Shown here: piece after piece, positions 48,076 through 59,270 of the stretch
Numbering within the stretch: position 1 is the first letter of the stretch
Layout: each line of letters starts with the position of its first letter
Assembly (NCBI GenBank): GCA_029194725.1
Contig: JARFXQ010000013.1
Span: 2,611-66,610, forward strand
Length of the DNA stretch: 64,000 nt
Reading direction: 5' to 3'
Source: Nitrospira sp.
GTDB taxonomy: Bacteria > Nitrospirota > Nitrospiria > Nitrospirales > Nitrospiraceae
The notes under the pieces: generated by a model
Databases searched by the model: none
What the model was told of the DNA's origin: nothing
What the model saw: the letters and a program-made list of their open reading frames with translations, nothing else
Made by a program: the position numbers and the translations under genes

Positions 48076-49313
48076 TTGCGGTGCCGAAGCGAGATCAAAT
48101 TCTGGTCGGACTCGACATCGGAACCACGAAAATTTGTGCGATCGTGGCAGAGATGACCGAGGCAGGAGGGCTCAGTATTATCGGTGTTGGATCGTGTCCT
48201 TCCCGAGGCTTACGTAAAGGGGTCGTTGTTGATATCGAAAGCACCGTCGAATCCATCAAGAAAGCGATCGAAGAAGCGGAGTTGATGGCGGCGGTTCAGA
48301 TCAACTCGGTCTACACCGGCATTGCGGGCAGTCACATTTCGGCTGAAAACTGCAAGGGCGTCGTGGCGCTGAAACGGGCTGAGGTGACTCGCGAAGATAT
48401 CCAGCGGGCCATCGAAAGTGCTCGTTCGCTCGCCGTGATCCCCCATGAGCGCAGGATTCTTCACGTGTTACCGCGAGAGTTTATGGTGGATGGGCAGGAA
48501 GGTGTGCGCGAGCCGTTGGGTCTGTCGGGCAATCGTTTGGAAGTCAACGTGCATGTCATCACCGGCGCCGTGACCTCCGCTCAGAACATCGTGAAGAGCG
48601 TGAATCGAGCCGGACTCGACGTTGTCGACATCGTTCTCCAACCGCTGGCGTCCAGCGAGGCGGTGTTGAGTCAAGAGGAGCGCGACTTAGGCGTGGCGAT
48701 GGTGGACTTGGGAGGAGGAACGACGGACCTGGCTATTTTTCTGGACGGCAGCATCCGTCACTCAGCGGTCCTTCCCATCGGCGGCCAAAACTTGACGAAG
48801 GATTTAGCCATCGGGCTCCTTACCTCGCAGACTGAGGCAGAGAAAATCAAAACTCAGTATGGTGTTGCGCGGACTGAGTTGGTGACCGGACATCAAATTG
48901 TTGAAGTGCCGTCGGTCGGAGATCGGCCGGCTCGTGCGTTCTCCAGGCGGGATATTGCCGAGATCTTGGAGCCGCGAGTTGATGAGATGTTTGAGCTCGT
49001 CAGAAGAGAAATTGTGCGCGCCGGCTATGAAGGGATGTTGGGTGCCGGCGTCGTAATTACCGGCGGCACGTCCTTATTGGAGGGTATGCTCGATGCCTCT
49101 GAGAAGGTCTTGAACTTGCCGGCAAGGCGAGGCATGCCTTCCGGTGTCGGAGGGTTGCGCGATATTGTCGGCCATCCCAGTCATTCGACCGGGGTCGGTC
49201 TGTTGTTACACGGCCGGCGACATGTCGATGAACTGGAAACGGCCGGGCTTCGCAATGGGGGAACCTGGGCCAAAATGCGTGTGTGGACGAAACGGGTGTT
49301 GGAGGTCTTTTAA
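48072..49313 (+). CDS. ftsA: Cell division protein FtsA
   Basis: [15 protein letters not shown] and VITGG motifs. Confidence 0.97.
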   Translation: MIAVPKRDQILVGLDIGTTKICAIVAEMTEAGGLSIIGVGSCPSRGLRKGVVVDIESTVESIKKAIEEAELMAAVQINSVYTGIAGSHISAENCKGVVALKRAEVTREDIQRAIESARSLAVIPHERRILHVLPREFMVDGQEGVREPLGLSGNRLEVNVHVITGAVTSAQNIVKSVNRAGLDVVDIVLQPLASSEAVLSQEERDLGVAMVDLGGGTTDLAIFLDGSIRHSAVLPIGGQNLTKDLAIGLLTSQTEAEKIKTQYGVARTELVTGHQIVEVPSVGDRPARAFSRRDIAEILEPRVDEMFELVRREIVRAGYEGMLGAGVVITGGTSLLEGMLDASEKVLNLPARRGMPSGVGGLRDIVGHPSHSTGVGLLLHGRRHVDELETAGLRNGGTWAKMRVWTKRVLEVF

Positions 49314-49375
49314 CCTTTGAACCCTTGCGGGCGGCGGGTGGGTCGTCGTGCGAGGCGATGTGAGGAGGTGCCCCA

Positions 49376-50563
49376 ATGTTCTCATTCCAAGAAGATTTAC
49401 TGTCGCCGGTTCGAATCAAGGTGATCGGAATCGGCGGAGGCGGGTGTAATGCGATCAATACGATGATCACCTCCGGACTCGCGCGCGTCGATTTTATCGC
49501 GAGTAACACCGACTTGCAGGCGCTTGATCGATCGCTGGCAGCGTATAAGATCCAGCTCGGGCCGGAACGAACCCGTGGGTTGGGTGCGGGGGCAAAGCCC
49601 GAGATCGGCAGAGACGCCGCGCTTGAGAGTAAAGAGCATATCCGAGAATGTCTCGAAGGAGCCGACATGGTCTTCGTGACGGCCGGGATGGGTGGGGGGA
49701 CCGGCACCGGAGCCGCCCCCATTGTGGCCAGTATCGCCCGTGAAATGGGCATCCTTACGGTAGGCGTTGTCACGAAACCGTTTCAGTATGAGGGCCAACG
49801 GCGACAGAAGCATGCGGAAGAAGGGGTCCGCGACCTGCGTCGGCATGTGGATACATTGCTCATAATTCCGAATCAGCGGCTCTTGGGGATCGTCGATAAA
49901 TCGACTCCGCTTCTCGAAGCGTTCAAAGTTGCGGACGACGTGCTGCGGCAAGCGATCCAAGGTATCGCCGACGTCATTACAACCACGGGACATGTGAACG
50001 TCGATTTTGCCGATGTCCGTACCGTGATGTCGCACACCGGGCGAGCGGTCATGGGCATGGGCGTTTCTCATGGGCCGAATCGGGCGATCGAAGCGGCTCA
50101 AAAGGCCATGTGCAGTCCTCTCCTTGAAGAAGGAAGTGTCGAAGGGGCCCGCGGCGTCCTCCTGAATATTACGGGAGGCCCCAGCATGTCGCTGCACGAG
50201 ATCGAAGAAGCCGCCTCGATCATCCAACAGACGGCAGACCCCGAAGCCAATATCATTGTCGGTCAGGTCATCAACCCAGACATGGGAGAGGAACTTATCA
50301 TTACGGTGATCGCGACCGGGTTTGAACGGGAAGAGGACTCAGCAGTGGCTACGATCGGAGCTGATAGGGGAACGAGCCGATCGGCCAAACCAGCCCCATC
50401 AATGTTGGCAGGCATGGGCGCCTCGATGGCGGTAGATCGACCGATAAAAGATCTCGATCGCCCGGCCTTTTTGAGAAGAATGCACGAATCGATGGACCGG
50501 GCGGTGTTGACGGCCGAGGATGAATGGGATGTGCCGACATTTCTTCGCAAACAAACAGACTGA
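49376..50563 (+). CDS. ftsZ: Cell division protein FtsZ
   Basis: GGGTGTG, NVDFADV and C-terminal DVPTFLRK motifs. Confidence 0.98.
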   Translation: MFSFQEDLLSPVRIKVIGIGGGGCNAINTMITSGLARVDFIASNTDLQALDRSLAAYKIQLGPERTRGLGAGAKPEIGRDAALESKEHIRECLEGADMVFVTAGMGGGTGTGAAPIVASIAREMGILTVGVVTKPFQYEGQRRQKHAEEGVRDLRRHVDTLLIIPNQRLLGIVDKSTPLLEAFKVADDVLRQAIQGIADVITTTGHVNVDFADVRTVMSHTGRAVMGMGVSHGPNRAIEAAQKAMCSPLLEEGSVEGARGVLLNITGGPSMSLHEIEEAASIIQQTADPEANIIVGQVINPDMGEELIITVIATGFEREEDSAVATIGADRGTSRSAKPAPSMLAGMGASMAVDRPIKDLDRPAFLRRMHESMDRAVLTAEDEWDVPTFLRKQTD

Positions 50564-50603
50564 TTTCGTGCCTCTCTTCATGTGTTGAGGTCGTGCTCTT
50601 GAT

Positions 50604-51347
50604 ATGACAAGCGCATCGGTTATTACCGTCCCGGCGTTTGCGCATGCCGGGAGCCAGGTTTGCCACTTTTTCGGGACACGTCAGCATGCCATGGGGCTCG
50701 GTCTTGAAGTGGGGATTCCGCGGAGGGGGATAGCGGGCGTGGCATCGTCTTCATGGACCCTCTCAGTGAAACAAGTCCATGGGACGGAGGCGCTGGTGGT
50801 GGATCGGGCCTTGGCTCCGACTGACCGATTTGTGGGAGGCTGGGATGCCTTGGTCACTGATCAACCTGGGATCATGATGGCGGTACGGACAGCAGATTGT
50901 GTTCCGATCTTGATGCACGATCCTAAACGTCGTGTCGTGGCCGCGATCCATGCCGGCTGGCGGGGAGCTGTTGCCGGTATTGTTCCTAAGACGCTGGCGT
51001 TGTTGGAGTCTCGCTTTGGTTCGCATCTGGAGCATGTACGGATCAGTATCGGCCCATCCGCCGGGGCTTGCTGCTATGAGGTGGATGAGCCGGTTCTCGA
51101 CCGTTTGTGTCAGGGATTTCCGCGTTGGAACAAAGTGGTACGAGCGAGAGGAGATGGAAGAGCGCGTCTTGATTTGAAGGCGCTTGTCAAAGAACAGGCG
51201 CAAGACCTTGGGGCTGCTCCGAACTCCATTACGACCGTCAACCTCTGTACGATTTGTCACGAAGACCTCTTCTTTTCCTATCGGCGGGAGGGAAAAGTCA
51301 ACGGTACCATGGTTAGTGCCATCGGGTTGCCGCTGAGGCGAGGATAA
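50604..51347 (+). CDS. pgeF: Peptidoglycan editing factor / purine nucleoside phosphorylase YfiH
   Basis: QVHG, TADCVP, HAGWRG and FFSYRR motifs. Confidence 0.92.
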   Translation: MTSASVITVPAFAHAGSQVCHFFGTRQHAMGLGLEVGIPRRGIAGVASSSWTLSVKQVHGTEALVVDRALAPTDRFVGGWDALVTDQPGIMMAVRTADCVPILMHDPKRRVVAAIHAGWRGAVAGIVPKTLALLESRFGSHLEHVRISIGPSAGACCYEVDEPVLDRLCQGFPRWNKVVRARGDGRARLDLKALVKEQAQDLGAAPNSITTVNLCTICHEDLFFSYRREGKVNGTMVSAIGLPLRRG

Positions 51348-51422
51348 GTCAGACGCTGCCAATTCCGAGGCACTTTCGCTAGAATAGGGACGGTTCGCTG
51401 AAAGAGCGGCCGCGACTCGTGA

Positions 51423-52142
51423 GTGAGGACGATGGAACCGCTCAACCCGGAAGCGATAACGAAAGGTGTTCAATCGGTTCTCACGAAAATTCGGTCGGCG
51501 GAAGAAAAAGCAGGCCGTCCAGCCGGTACGGTGCGATTGGTGGCCGCGACGAAAACCGTGACGGTCGAACACATCGCTGGAGCAGTGCGTGCCGGGTTGT
51601 CCATCCTGGGTGAAAATCGTGTACAGGAAGCGCTTCCCAAAATAGCAGCCTTCACCCAGGCACCGGTTCACTGGCATTTTATCGGGCAGCTGCAACGAAG
51701 GAAGGTACGGTCCGTGATCGGCCTATTCGACCTGATTCAATCGGTGGATAGTCTAGACTTGGCGCGAGAAATCGATCGCCGTGCGGAAGAGGCCGGCCGT
51801 CAGCAGAATGTCTTGCTGGAGGTGAATATCGGGAGGGAGCCGACAAAGGCAGGGTTTCATCCCGATGACGTTGTGCGATCGATACCGATGATGGCGCAAC
51901 TCTCTCATACCTGTATAAAAGGCTTAATGACGATCCCTCCGCTGACCGCTGATCCGGATTCAGCCAGGCCCTATTTCCGCCAGCTCCGTGATCTCGCTCA
52001 ACAGATTGCCGCACTCGACTTACCGGCCGTGAGGATGGATGAACTGTCGATGGGAATGTCGAACGATTATGAAGTCGCGATTGAAGAAGGGGCGACATTG
52101 GTTCGTGTCGGCACCGCGATTTTTGGAGCGCGTCATGTCTAG
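51423..52142 (+). CDS. yggS: PLP homeostasis protein
   Basis: ATK, GENRVQE, WHFIGQLQ, LSMGMS and VRVGTAIFG motifs. Confidence 0.95.
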   Translation: MRTMEPLNPEAITKGVQSVLTKIRSAEEKAGRPAGTVRLVAATKTVTVEHIAGAVRAGLSILGENRVQEALPKIAAFTQAPVHWHFIGQLQRRKVRSVIGLFDLIQSVDSLDLAREIDRRAEEAGRQQNVLLEVNIGREPTKAGFHPDDVVRSIPMMAQLSHTCIKGLMTIPPLTADPDSARPYFRQLRDLAQQIAALDLPAVRMDELSMGMSNDYEVAIEEGATLVRVGTAIFGARHV

Positions 52143-52953
52143 TTCAACGCTCACACAAAGCCTCTCGTTTGTAGGTGGTGGACGGATGGCGGAGGCATTG
52201 ATCAGTGGGGTGCTCTCCTCAAGAAGCTACAAAGCCGACAGGATCCATGTAGCGGATCCAGATACGGCTCGGCTGGATCACCTCAAGAGGCAGTATGGCA
52301 TTCAGATTGGTCTCACGAATCATGAGGCGGCCGTCTCGGGAGATGTCGTCGTGCTCGCCGTGAAACCTCAGGTCACGGCCGAAATCCTCAAGGAGCTCGG
52401 GGATGTGCTGAGGAAACGGCTCGTGATCTCGGTGATCGCGGGAGTGCGACTCGGTCGATTTCTCGAGGCTTGCGGGATGCAGGCGCACGTTATTCGTGCG
52501 ATGCCGAATACGCCGGCGATGGTCGGCGAAGGGATGACTGCCCTGGCAATCGGGCCAGGGGTAGGGGAAAATGAAGTGGCCTGTGCGAGACAGATCTTTG
52601 AATCAGTCGGCAAGGTTGTGCGCATCGACGAGCGTTTTATGGATGCCGTAACTGGGTTGAGCGGAAGCGGACCGGCCTACGTCTTTCTCATGATTGAAGC
52701 GATGGCTGATGGTGGCGTCAAGATGGGTTTACCAAGGGAAACAGCCAGTCTCCTCGCAGCACAGACCGTGTTGGGTGCGGCGCGGATGGTTTTGGAAACG
52801 GGGCGGCATCCGGCTCGACTTAAAGATGAGGTGGCGTCCCCCGGAGGAACGACGATTGCGGGGTTGCATCGGCTTGAGCAGGGAAGTTTCCGAGGCCTGT
52901 TGATCGACGCTGTTGAGGCTGCGGCGAAGCGTTCTCAGGAGCTCGGAGGCTGA
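52135..52953 (+). CDS. proC: Pyrroline-5-carboxylate reductase
   Basis: GGGRMA, RAMPNTP, SGSGPAY and SPGGTT motifs. Confidence 0.96.
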   Translation: MSSSTLTQSLSFVGGGRMAEALISGVLSSRSYKADRIHVADPDTARLDHLKRQYGIQIGLTNHEAAVSGDVVVLAVKPQVTAEILKELGDVLRKRLVISVIAGVRLGRFLEACGMQAHVIRAMPNTPAMVGEGMTALAIGPGVGENEVACARQIFESVGKVVRIDERFMDAVTGLSGSGPAYVFLMIEAMADGGVKMGLPRETASLLAAQTVLGAARMVLETGRHPARLKDEVASPGGTTIAGLHRLEQGSFRGLLIDAVEAAAKRSQELGG

Positions 52954-53249
52954 TGTTTGTGGTAGGAAATACGTTATTAGGGTTCGCCACGGTACTTGAC
53001 TACGCGTTGACGTTCTACACCTGGATCGTCATCGCCCGAGCGCTGATCTCTTGGGTGAATCCGGATCCATGGAATCCGATCGTTCAATTCCTCACTCGTG
53101 CCACTGAACCGGTCTTGGCCCCGATCAGACGGCGATTAGGCTGGAGTATGGGCATCGATTTGTCGCCGTTGGTCGTCATCGTGGTCATCTGGTTTTTACA
53201 GATTGCGGTCGTACAGTCGATTAAGGACCTCGCGGTACGGATGAATTGA
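52953..53249 (+). CDS. yggT: YggT-family membrane protein
   Basis: SWVNPDP.NP, TEP and IDLSP motifs. Confidence 0.92.
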   Translation: MFVVGNTLLGFATVLDYALTFYTWIVIARALISWVNPDPWNPIVQFLTRATEPVLAPIRRRLGWSMGIDLSPLVVIVVIWFLQIAVVQSIKDLAVRMN

Positions 53250-53269
53250 CTCAACCAATGGGGGATGCC

Positions 53270-53782
53270 ATGAAGATCACACCGCTCGACATTCAACAGA
53301 TGGTCTTTCAAGTCAAGCTTCGTGGCTATGACCGTGAAGAGGTCAACCGTTTTTTGGAAGAGATTGCACAAACCGTCGAATTCCTGAACCGCGATAATGC
53401 CATGTTACGCGACCGTATTGTGTCGCTTGAGCAGCAGATCTCGGAGTTGAAACGGACAGAGGCAACCTTGTCTACTACATTAGTCTCGGCGCAGGCCTTA
53501 GCCGAGGATGTCAAACGAAGCGCACAACGCGACGCTGAGTTGATCGTCAAAGAAGCGGAGTTGAAAGCCGGCGAATTGTTCAGACAGGCGCGAGTCGAGC
53601 TGGGGAATACACAGCGAGACCTGTCCGTGCTGCAGAAGCAGCGCCTGCTCATGGTAGAGCGGATGCGGGCGACGCTCCATACCTTCGAACGGATGCTGGA
53701 TGTGGAAGCAAGTGAAGTCTATCAAGATACTGGTGTCATGCAGGACGAAAAGCTGGAAGGGGAATCCAGCCCTGCCCGTTGA
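53270..53782 (+). CDS. divIVA: DivIVA-domain protein
   Basis: ITPLDI..F..KLRGYDREEVNRFL followed by a coiled coil. Confidence 0.92.
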   Translation: MKITPLDIQQMVFQVKLRGYDREEVNRFLEEIAQTVEFLNRDNAMLRDRIVSLEQQISELKRTEATLSTTLVSAQALAEDVKRSAQRDAELIVKEAELKAGELFRQARVELGNTQRDLSVLQKQRLLMVERMRATLHTFERMLDVEASEVYQDTGVMQDEKLEGESSPAR

Positions 53783-53860
53783 GCGTTTCCGGTTGAGGGT
53801 GTCACCGCTGCGTAGTCCCCGATCGTTTGTCCTGAGCGTCTTCCGTCGATCATCGTCCCG

Positions 53861-54997
53861 ATGCCCGATCTCAATGTTATCCAAACAGCACTCAATCGAG
53901 CCGTTACCGATGGGGTGTTTCCGGGAGCGGTATTGGCGGTACGGTGCGGGGACAGACCGGTTTCTCGCTTTCATGCCGGTCATCTTTCAATCGTTCCACC
54001 AGGGCTTCCCGTCAGCAATTCCACGATCTATGACTTGGCTTCGTTGACCAAACCTTTGACGACGGTCACGTCCGTTGCGCTGCTGATTCAACAGGGCCGT
54101 CTCCGACTCGAAGATGCCGTTGATGAGCATCTTCAAGAATGTGCCGAGACTGTGATCGGCTCAGCCACGCTTCGGGATCTACTGACCCATTCTTCTGGAT
54201 TGCCAGGATGGCGGCCCTTCTATGAGCGGATCAATCCGGAGGGGAAGATTCCCTCATCTGGGGAAGCGAGAAATCGGGCGAAGCAGGCGATGCTCAGGTC
54301 AATCGGTGCTGAAACACCGATCTATGACCGGGGTTCGCGCAGCCTGTACAGCGACCTCGGCTTCATGTTGCTTGGCATGATCGTCGAGCGATGCAGTCGG
54401 CAGGATTTGGACCACTTTTTTTATGATTTCATCTCGCTTCCATTGGGTGGACTGCGGATTGAATATGTCTTGAGAGAACGGTTAAACGAGTTCTTGGCAG
54501 TGGCTGGTAGAGACGGCGGGGTTGCACCGACGGAAATCGACCGGTGGCGGCAGGGACGGCTGTTGTGCGGAGAGGTACATGATCAGAATGCAGCCGCGCT
54601 AGGTGGAGCGGCCGGCCATGCTGGGCTATTTGGGAATGTCGATTCGGTGCTGGCGATTACAGGCGAATGGCTGCGCGCGTACCATGGCCGAAAGGCTATC
54701 TTCGACCAAGGAATTGTGCGGGAATTTACCAGACGACAGAAACCGGCAGCATCGTCAAGTTGGGCGCTCGGGTGGGATACTCCGTCGATGCCGTCTTCAG
54801 CAGGACGTTATTTCGATGTCCGATCGTTTGGGCATCTCGGCTATACGGGGACGTCCGTCTGGATCGATCCAGTGCGAGAATTGCAAGTGGTGCTGCTTTC
54901 GAACCGCGTGCATCCCTCGAGCCGGAATGAAGCGATCCGGGAATTTCGGCCTGCGATTCATGATCTGGTGTATCAGGAATTCATCGGCTCGATTTAA
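53861..54997 (+). CDS. Beta-lactamase-family serine hydrolase (AmiE/class C-like)
   Basis: YDLASLTK (SxxK), LLTHSSG, YSDLGF, GEVHD.N, GHAGLF and GHLGYTG motifs. Confidence 0.85.
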   Translation: MPDLNVIQTALNRAVTDGVFPGAVLAVRCGDRPVSRFHAGHLSIVPPGLPVSNSTIYDLASLTKPLTTVTSVALLIQQGRLRLEDAVDEHLQECAETVIGSATLRDLLTHSSGLPGWRPFYERINPEGKIPSSGEARNRAKQAMLRSIGAETPIYDRGSRSLYSDLGFMLLGMIVERCSRQDLDHFFYDFISLPLGGLRIEYVLRERLNEFLAVAGRDGGVAPTEIDRWRQGRLLCGEVHDQNAAALGGAAGHAGLFGNVDSVLAITGEWLRAYHGRKAIFDQGIVREFTRRQKPAASSSWALGWDTPSMPSSAGRYFDVRSFGHLGYTGTSVWIDPVRELQVVLLSNRVHPSSRNEAIREFRPAIHDLVYQEFIGSI

Positions 54998-55311
54998 GCC
55001 CTGTCTGGGTAGTCGAGCCACGTTTCTTTTTCGGCAAGATAGCGTGTCCCCTTGAAATTGGCGCGCGTTCTCATGCGAGTGAAGCCGTATTCTTGAAGCT
55101 TATCCACTAATTCCTTCACCGCTGCTGCAATGGTGGAGTGTGACCGACTTTCAACCACGAAGGCTTCATACATAATCTTACCCGAATATCCCGATGGAAT
55201 CCGATTGACCAGAATGGTGCGGTTAAAATATCGATCGCTCGGATCGACTCCTTCAAGTTGATGTTTCTCGACCAATCCTTCTTTCTTAAACATCAATGGC
55301 AACGTGCTCAT
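54994..55311 (-). CDS. Hypothetical protein
   Basis: 105 aa ORF with SD GGAGG; no recognised domain. Confidence 0.7.
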   Translation of the reverse strand: MSTLPLMFKKEGLVEKHQLEGVDPSDRYFNRTILVNRIPSGYSGKIMYEAFVVESRSHSTIAAAVKELVDKLQEYGFTRMRTRANFKGTRYLAEKETWLDYPDRA

Positions 55312-55395
55312 GTTACCTTATCCCTCCGAAATAACAGTTGACGCCAAGCACATCTGCATTAATTATAGGAGGTGAGACGTGCAACCTGCAACTCA

Positions 55396-55424
55396 TTGAC
55401 AAGCCTGCTTCAGATTACTATGAT
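55396..55424 (+). promoter_or_regulatory. Sigma70-type promoter
   Basis: TTGACA-N17-TATGAT upstream of the pgsA-like gene. Confidence 0.6.
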
Positions 55425-55466
55425 GCCTCTCCTCAGCCAGTCACAGACCTCATCCCGCTCCATCTC

Positions 55467-56009
55467 ATGAACGTCCCCAATAGCCTCACGATTCTTCGAA
55501 TCCTCTTGGTCCCCGTCTACATAGGATTCATGACCTATGGCTCGTATGGGTTCGCGCTCCTTACACTACTCGTGGCAGGACTGACGGATGCCATCGACGG
55601 CCATCTTGCGCGCAAGCTGAATCAGCGGACACGATTGGGAACTTTTCTTGATCCTCTTGCAGACAAGTTACTGCTGACGTCGAGTTTTATCTCGCTGGCG
55701 ATGCTGCATCTAGTACCGTCCTGGCTTGTCATCTTGGTCGTAAGCCGGGATATTATTCTCCTCCTGGGGACTGTGGTGGCTCACGTTACCAGTACGCCGA
55801 TTAATGTGACTCCGACATTCTTGGGAAAAGGAACAACCTTCCTTCAGTTGAGCTACGTCCTTTTGATTGTCCTCTTGACCTGGAGAGGGCTTGACCGTTC
55901 CATCCTCACCCCACTCGTCGTCCTGATGGTCGGGTTCACCCTTGCCTCAGGACTACATTACCTTTATCGGGGGTATCGAGAAACGAATGCGGCTCCTCCG
56001 CTTGCGTAG
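55467..56009 (+). CDS. CDP-alcohol phosphatidyltransferase (PgsA/cardiolipin synthase-like)
   Basis: NVPNSLTILR and DAIDGHLARKLNQRTRLGTFLDPLADK motifs. Confidence 0.88.
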   Translation: MNVPNSLTILRILLVPVYIGFMTYGSYGFALLTLLVAGLTDAIDGHLARKLNQRTRLGTFLDPLADKLLLTSSFISLAMLHLVPSWLVILVVSRDIILLLGTVVAHVTSTPINVTPTFLGKGTTFLQLSYVLLIVLLTWRGLDRSILTPLVVLMVGFTLASGLHYLYRGYRETNAAPPLA

Positions 56010-56064
56010 CGCCCTCCATTGCACAGCGGACCTGTTCTCAGCTCGGCAAATAATTCAATTATTT

Positions 56065-56093
56065 TTGACAGGTTTTCGACCCCCCAGTAGACT
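56065..56093 (+). promoter_or_regulatory. Sigma70-type promoter of pilC
   Basis: TTGACA-N17-TAGACT. Confidence 0.6.
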
Positions 56094-56157
56094 CGCTTCG
56101 TAGTCCTAGCCTTACCCGTACAACCGGCTCACGGAGCCCACAACAGGACGAGAATCT

Positions 56158-57372
56158 ATGGCCACGTTTGCATATGTTGGGCGGACCAAATCTGGAGGGG
56201 TGAAAAAAGGCGAACTGGTCGCGAAGTCTCGAGACGAGGCTGTGGATCAACTTCGCAAGCAAAGTGTGGTAGTGACGAGTCTCGAGGAGAGGGCGGCCAA
56301 AGAGGGATTCAGCCTGAAGCTCGGAAGTGGTGTGAGCGAGAAGGACTTGGTCGTTTTTACCAGGCAATTCGGAACCATGATCAATGCGGGGTTGCCCTTA
56401 ATCCAGTGCCTGGAAATCCTATCGACGCAATCGGAGAATGCGGCTCTGAGAAAATCTGTAGGTGAGATCAAAGTTCAGGTCGAGGGAGGTTCGACGTTTT
56501 CAGATGCCCTCCGCAAGCACCCGAAAATCTTTGATGATCTGTACGTCAATATGGTCCATGCCGGTGAAGTCGGAGGGTTACTCGATACCATTCTGGGCCG
56601 CCTTTCTAAGCATATCGAAAAGGCCATGAAGTTGAAGGGGCAAATCAAGAGCGCAATGGTCTATCCTGCTGCCATCGTCGGCATCGCCGGCATCGTGATC
56701 ACAGTCCTGATGATTTGGGTGATCCCTGTATTTGAAAAAATGTTCAAGGAAATGTCCGGCGGAAAGATGGCGCTTCCAGGACCGACACAACTGGTCATCG
56801 ATATGAGCAATTTTGCCCAAGGATATTGGTACATCATCCTGGGGGTGATCATAGCGACAGTAGTGGCGGTCAAGAAATACTATGCTACTCCACAGGGTAA
56901 GTTGGCGATTGACAAACTCTTGCTGAAACTGCCGGTATTCGGAGACCTCATCAGGAAAGCGTCGGTCGCGAAATTCACACGGACGTTGGGGACCCTGCTG
57001 GCGAGCGGTGTTCCGCTACTCGAAGCATTGACGATCTGCGCGAAAACCTCGGGGAACAAGGTTGTGGAGGGAGCGCTTCTTGATGCCAAAATCAGCATCA
57101 GTGGAGGGAAGACGATCGCCGAACCGCTCGCCAAAAGCGGGACATTCCCCAAGATGGTGACCCACATGATATCGGTCGGAGAATCAACTGGCGCGCTGGA
57201 TAGCATGCTCGGGAAGATCGCCGATTTTTACGAGGACGAAGTGGACCAGGCCGTGACGAATCTCACCGCCCTCTTGGAGCCGATGATGATGGTCTTCTTG
57301 GGTGTCACGGTCGGATTTATCGTGGTCGCGATGTATCTACCGATCTTTACGATGGCGTCTGCGATCGGGTGA
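56158..57372 (+). CDS. pilC: Type IV pilus inner-membrane platform protein
   Basis: T2SSF repeats (FTRQFGTMINAG, GEVGG, AMVYP, GESTG, LLEP, MYLPIF). Confidence 0.93.
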   Translation: MATFAYVGRTKSGGVKKGELVAKSRDEAVDQLRKQSVVVTSLEERAAKEGFSLKLGSGVSEKDLVVFTRQFGTMINAGLPLIQCLEILSTQSENAALRKSVGEIKVQVEGGSTFSDALRKHPKIFDDLYVNMVHAGEVGGLLDTILGRLSKHIEKAMKLKGQIKSAMVYPAAIVGIAGIVITVLMIWVIPVFEKMFKEMSGGKMALPGPTQLVIDMSNFAQGYWYIILGVIIATVVAVKKYYATPQGKLAIDKLLLKLPVFGDLIRKASVAKFTRTLGTLLASGVPLLEALTICAKTSGNKVVEGALLDAKISISGGKTIAEPLAKSGTFPKMVTHMISVGESTGALDSMLGKIADFYEDEVDQAVTNLTALLEPMMMVFLGVTVGFIVVAMYLPIFTMASAIG

Positions 57373-57575
57373 GCAATCGACGAATCGACCCTGCGAGGCG
57401 GCTTCGCCCTTCCAAGCAAAAGGGATGAAGCCGCTGACCTCTCGGCGAGCCCCTTCATCGTTACGATTAAAAACCACGTACTCACCAAGACATATCGCTG
57501 TCGGTCGGCACCTCCACGAAGTCAGGCGGCGTCATGACGATGAGGAAGTCCATCTTGTAGACGGAGTTTCGTTTC

Positions 57576-59270
57576 GTGGGAGATATCAGGACCAGAATCT
57601 ACTGGCTGATGGGGTGGCGAGTCGTTATCGTCACCTTGCTGCTAGGCCTTTCCCTCGCATTTCAGGTCACCAAAGGTGAACGAGTTGAAACGTTCTATGC
57701 CTTGATCATCTTCACGTATGTGGTCACGATGCTCTACGCGTTCCTGTTTCGGCGACTCACCACTCCGCAACTTCTGGCGCAGTTTGCTTGGGCACAGATT
57801 GCCGTTGATTTCTTGCTTGAGACGGTATTGATCGCCAGAACGGGAGGAATCGAGAGCCCATTCGCGGTGCTCTATGTCATCAGCGTGACGGTCGCGAGCC
57901 TGGTTCCGCGTCGCCGGGTGGGCCTCTTGACCGCGAGCCTCTGCATCATTCTGTTTGGAATTCAGACTAACATCCAACTGTACGGCCTCGCTGAAATATG
58001 GGGATGGCTGCCGCATACTCGTCTCAGTGCGGCAGAAACGCTCCATGCGTTCGGTGTCTATAGTCTGGCGTTCTTGGTCGTTGGCTTCTTAAGTGGAGCC
58101 CTTGCGGATCAGCTTCGGCAGGCGGATCAATCGATCCGTGAAAAAGAACAGGGCCTGAGTCGCCTTCAGGCATTCCATGAGAATATCGTGCACAGCATCA
58201 GCAGCGGCGTCTTTGCGACAGACGAGAAGGGGCAGATCACATCTTTCAACCCTGCGGCGCAGGAAGCCACGGGCTACAGTTTTGACCAAGTGCGGGGCCG
58301 GCCATGGCGGGAGGTATTTAGCTGGCATCCCGATCAACAAGATAACGATCGCATGCACGAGGTCTCAGGTAACATGCGTTTTGAAGTGGAATGTAAGCGG
58401 TCCGACGGCAATCGGCTGATCCTCGGCATGACGCTCGCGCCGTTGCACGAGCGAGGAGAGAAAACGGGACTGGTTGGAGTGTTCAAGGATCTCACTCAGA
58501 TCCGTGACCTTGAAGAAGAAATGCGTCGGAAGGAGTGGTTGGCCAGCCTGGGAGAGATGTCGGCGGGGATGGCACACGAAATCAGAAATCCCTTGGGTGC
58601 AATGGCTGGAGCGATGCAAATGCTTCGAAAGGACCTCCAAGTCGATGACACCAGTCGACGCTTGATGGACATCGCGGTTCGAGAAGCGACTCGGTTGGAT
58701 ACGATCATCACAGAATTTCTCCAGTATGCCAGGCCGCCTGCCCTCAATCTAGCCGAGTACGATTTAAACAAAGTCCTTGCTGAGACTCTTGATCTGGTAC
58801 AACATGAAGCACGAAGCAGAACAAACATCTCCATCGTTCCTGCTCCCTGCGCCGGACCTTTGCCAGCCCAAGTGGATCAGGATCAAATGAAACAAGTGTT
58901 CTGGAATCTCGCGGTGAATGCCTTCGATGCCATGCCACGAGGTGGGGAACTGACGATTGCAACCGGATGTAGAAAGGTCGATGTCACTGGGCGAAAGGCC
59001 GAGGTGGTAGAGGTCTCGTTCCAGGATACCGGGGAAGGCATCTCAAGACAGAATCTCGACAAGATTTTCCTCCCATTTTTTACCACCAAGAAGCGAGGTT
59101 CCGGATTGGGCTTGGCCGCAGCCCATCGCATCGTCGACCTTCACGGCGGGTGGATCAAAGTGGAAAGCCAGGAGAGGCAAGGGACACGATTTGGAGTCTG
59201 CCTTCCGCGTACGGCAGATTCAGGAGTGCGACTCTGGCACGAAGGTAGAGAACCGTGGAAAAGATCCTAG
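57576..59270 (+). CDS. pilS: Membrane sensor histidine kinase PilS
   Basis: Multi-TM N-terminus (TGGIESPF), PAS domain, AHEIRNPL and N/G1/F/G2 boxes. Confidence 0.85.
   Translation: MGDIRTRIYWLMGWRVVIVTLLLGLSLAFQVTKGERVETFYALIIFTYVVTMLYAFLFRRLTTPQLLAQFAWAQIAVDFLLETVLIARTGGIESPFAVLYVISVTVASLVPRRRVGLLTASLCIILFGIQTNIQLYGLAEIWGWLPHTRLSAAETLHAFGVYSLAFLVVGFLSGALADQLRQADQSIREKEQGLSRLQAFHENIVHSISSGVFATDEKGQITSFNPAAQEATGYSFDQVRGRPWREVFSWHPDQQDNDRMHEVSGNMRFEVECKRSDGNRLILGMTLAPLHERGEKTGLVGVFKDLTQIRDLEEEMRRKEWLASLGEMSAGMAHEIRNPLGAMAGAMQMLRKDLQVDDTSRRLMDIAVREATRLDTIITEFLQYARPPALNLAEYDLNKVLAETLDLVQHEARSRTNISIVPAPCAGPLPAQVDQDQMKQVFWNLAVNAFDAMPRGGELTIATGCRKVDVTGRKAEVVEVSFQDTGEGISRQNLDKIFLPFFTTKKRGSGLGLAAAHRIVDLHGGWIKVESQERQGTRFGVCLPRTADSGVRLWHEGREPWKRS

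Noticed and set aside
34208-53983. Many long antisense ORFs across the dcw cluster (e.g. 39925..41208, 50763..51695)
   Set aside because: These are shadow frames of well-supported plus-strand genes in GC-rich DNA.
53861-54997. Antibiotic-resistance beta-lactamase
   Set aside because: No signal peptide, YSD and HLG in place of YxN and KTG, and a housekeeping context.
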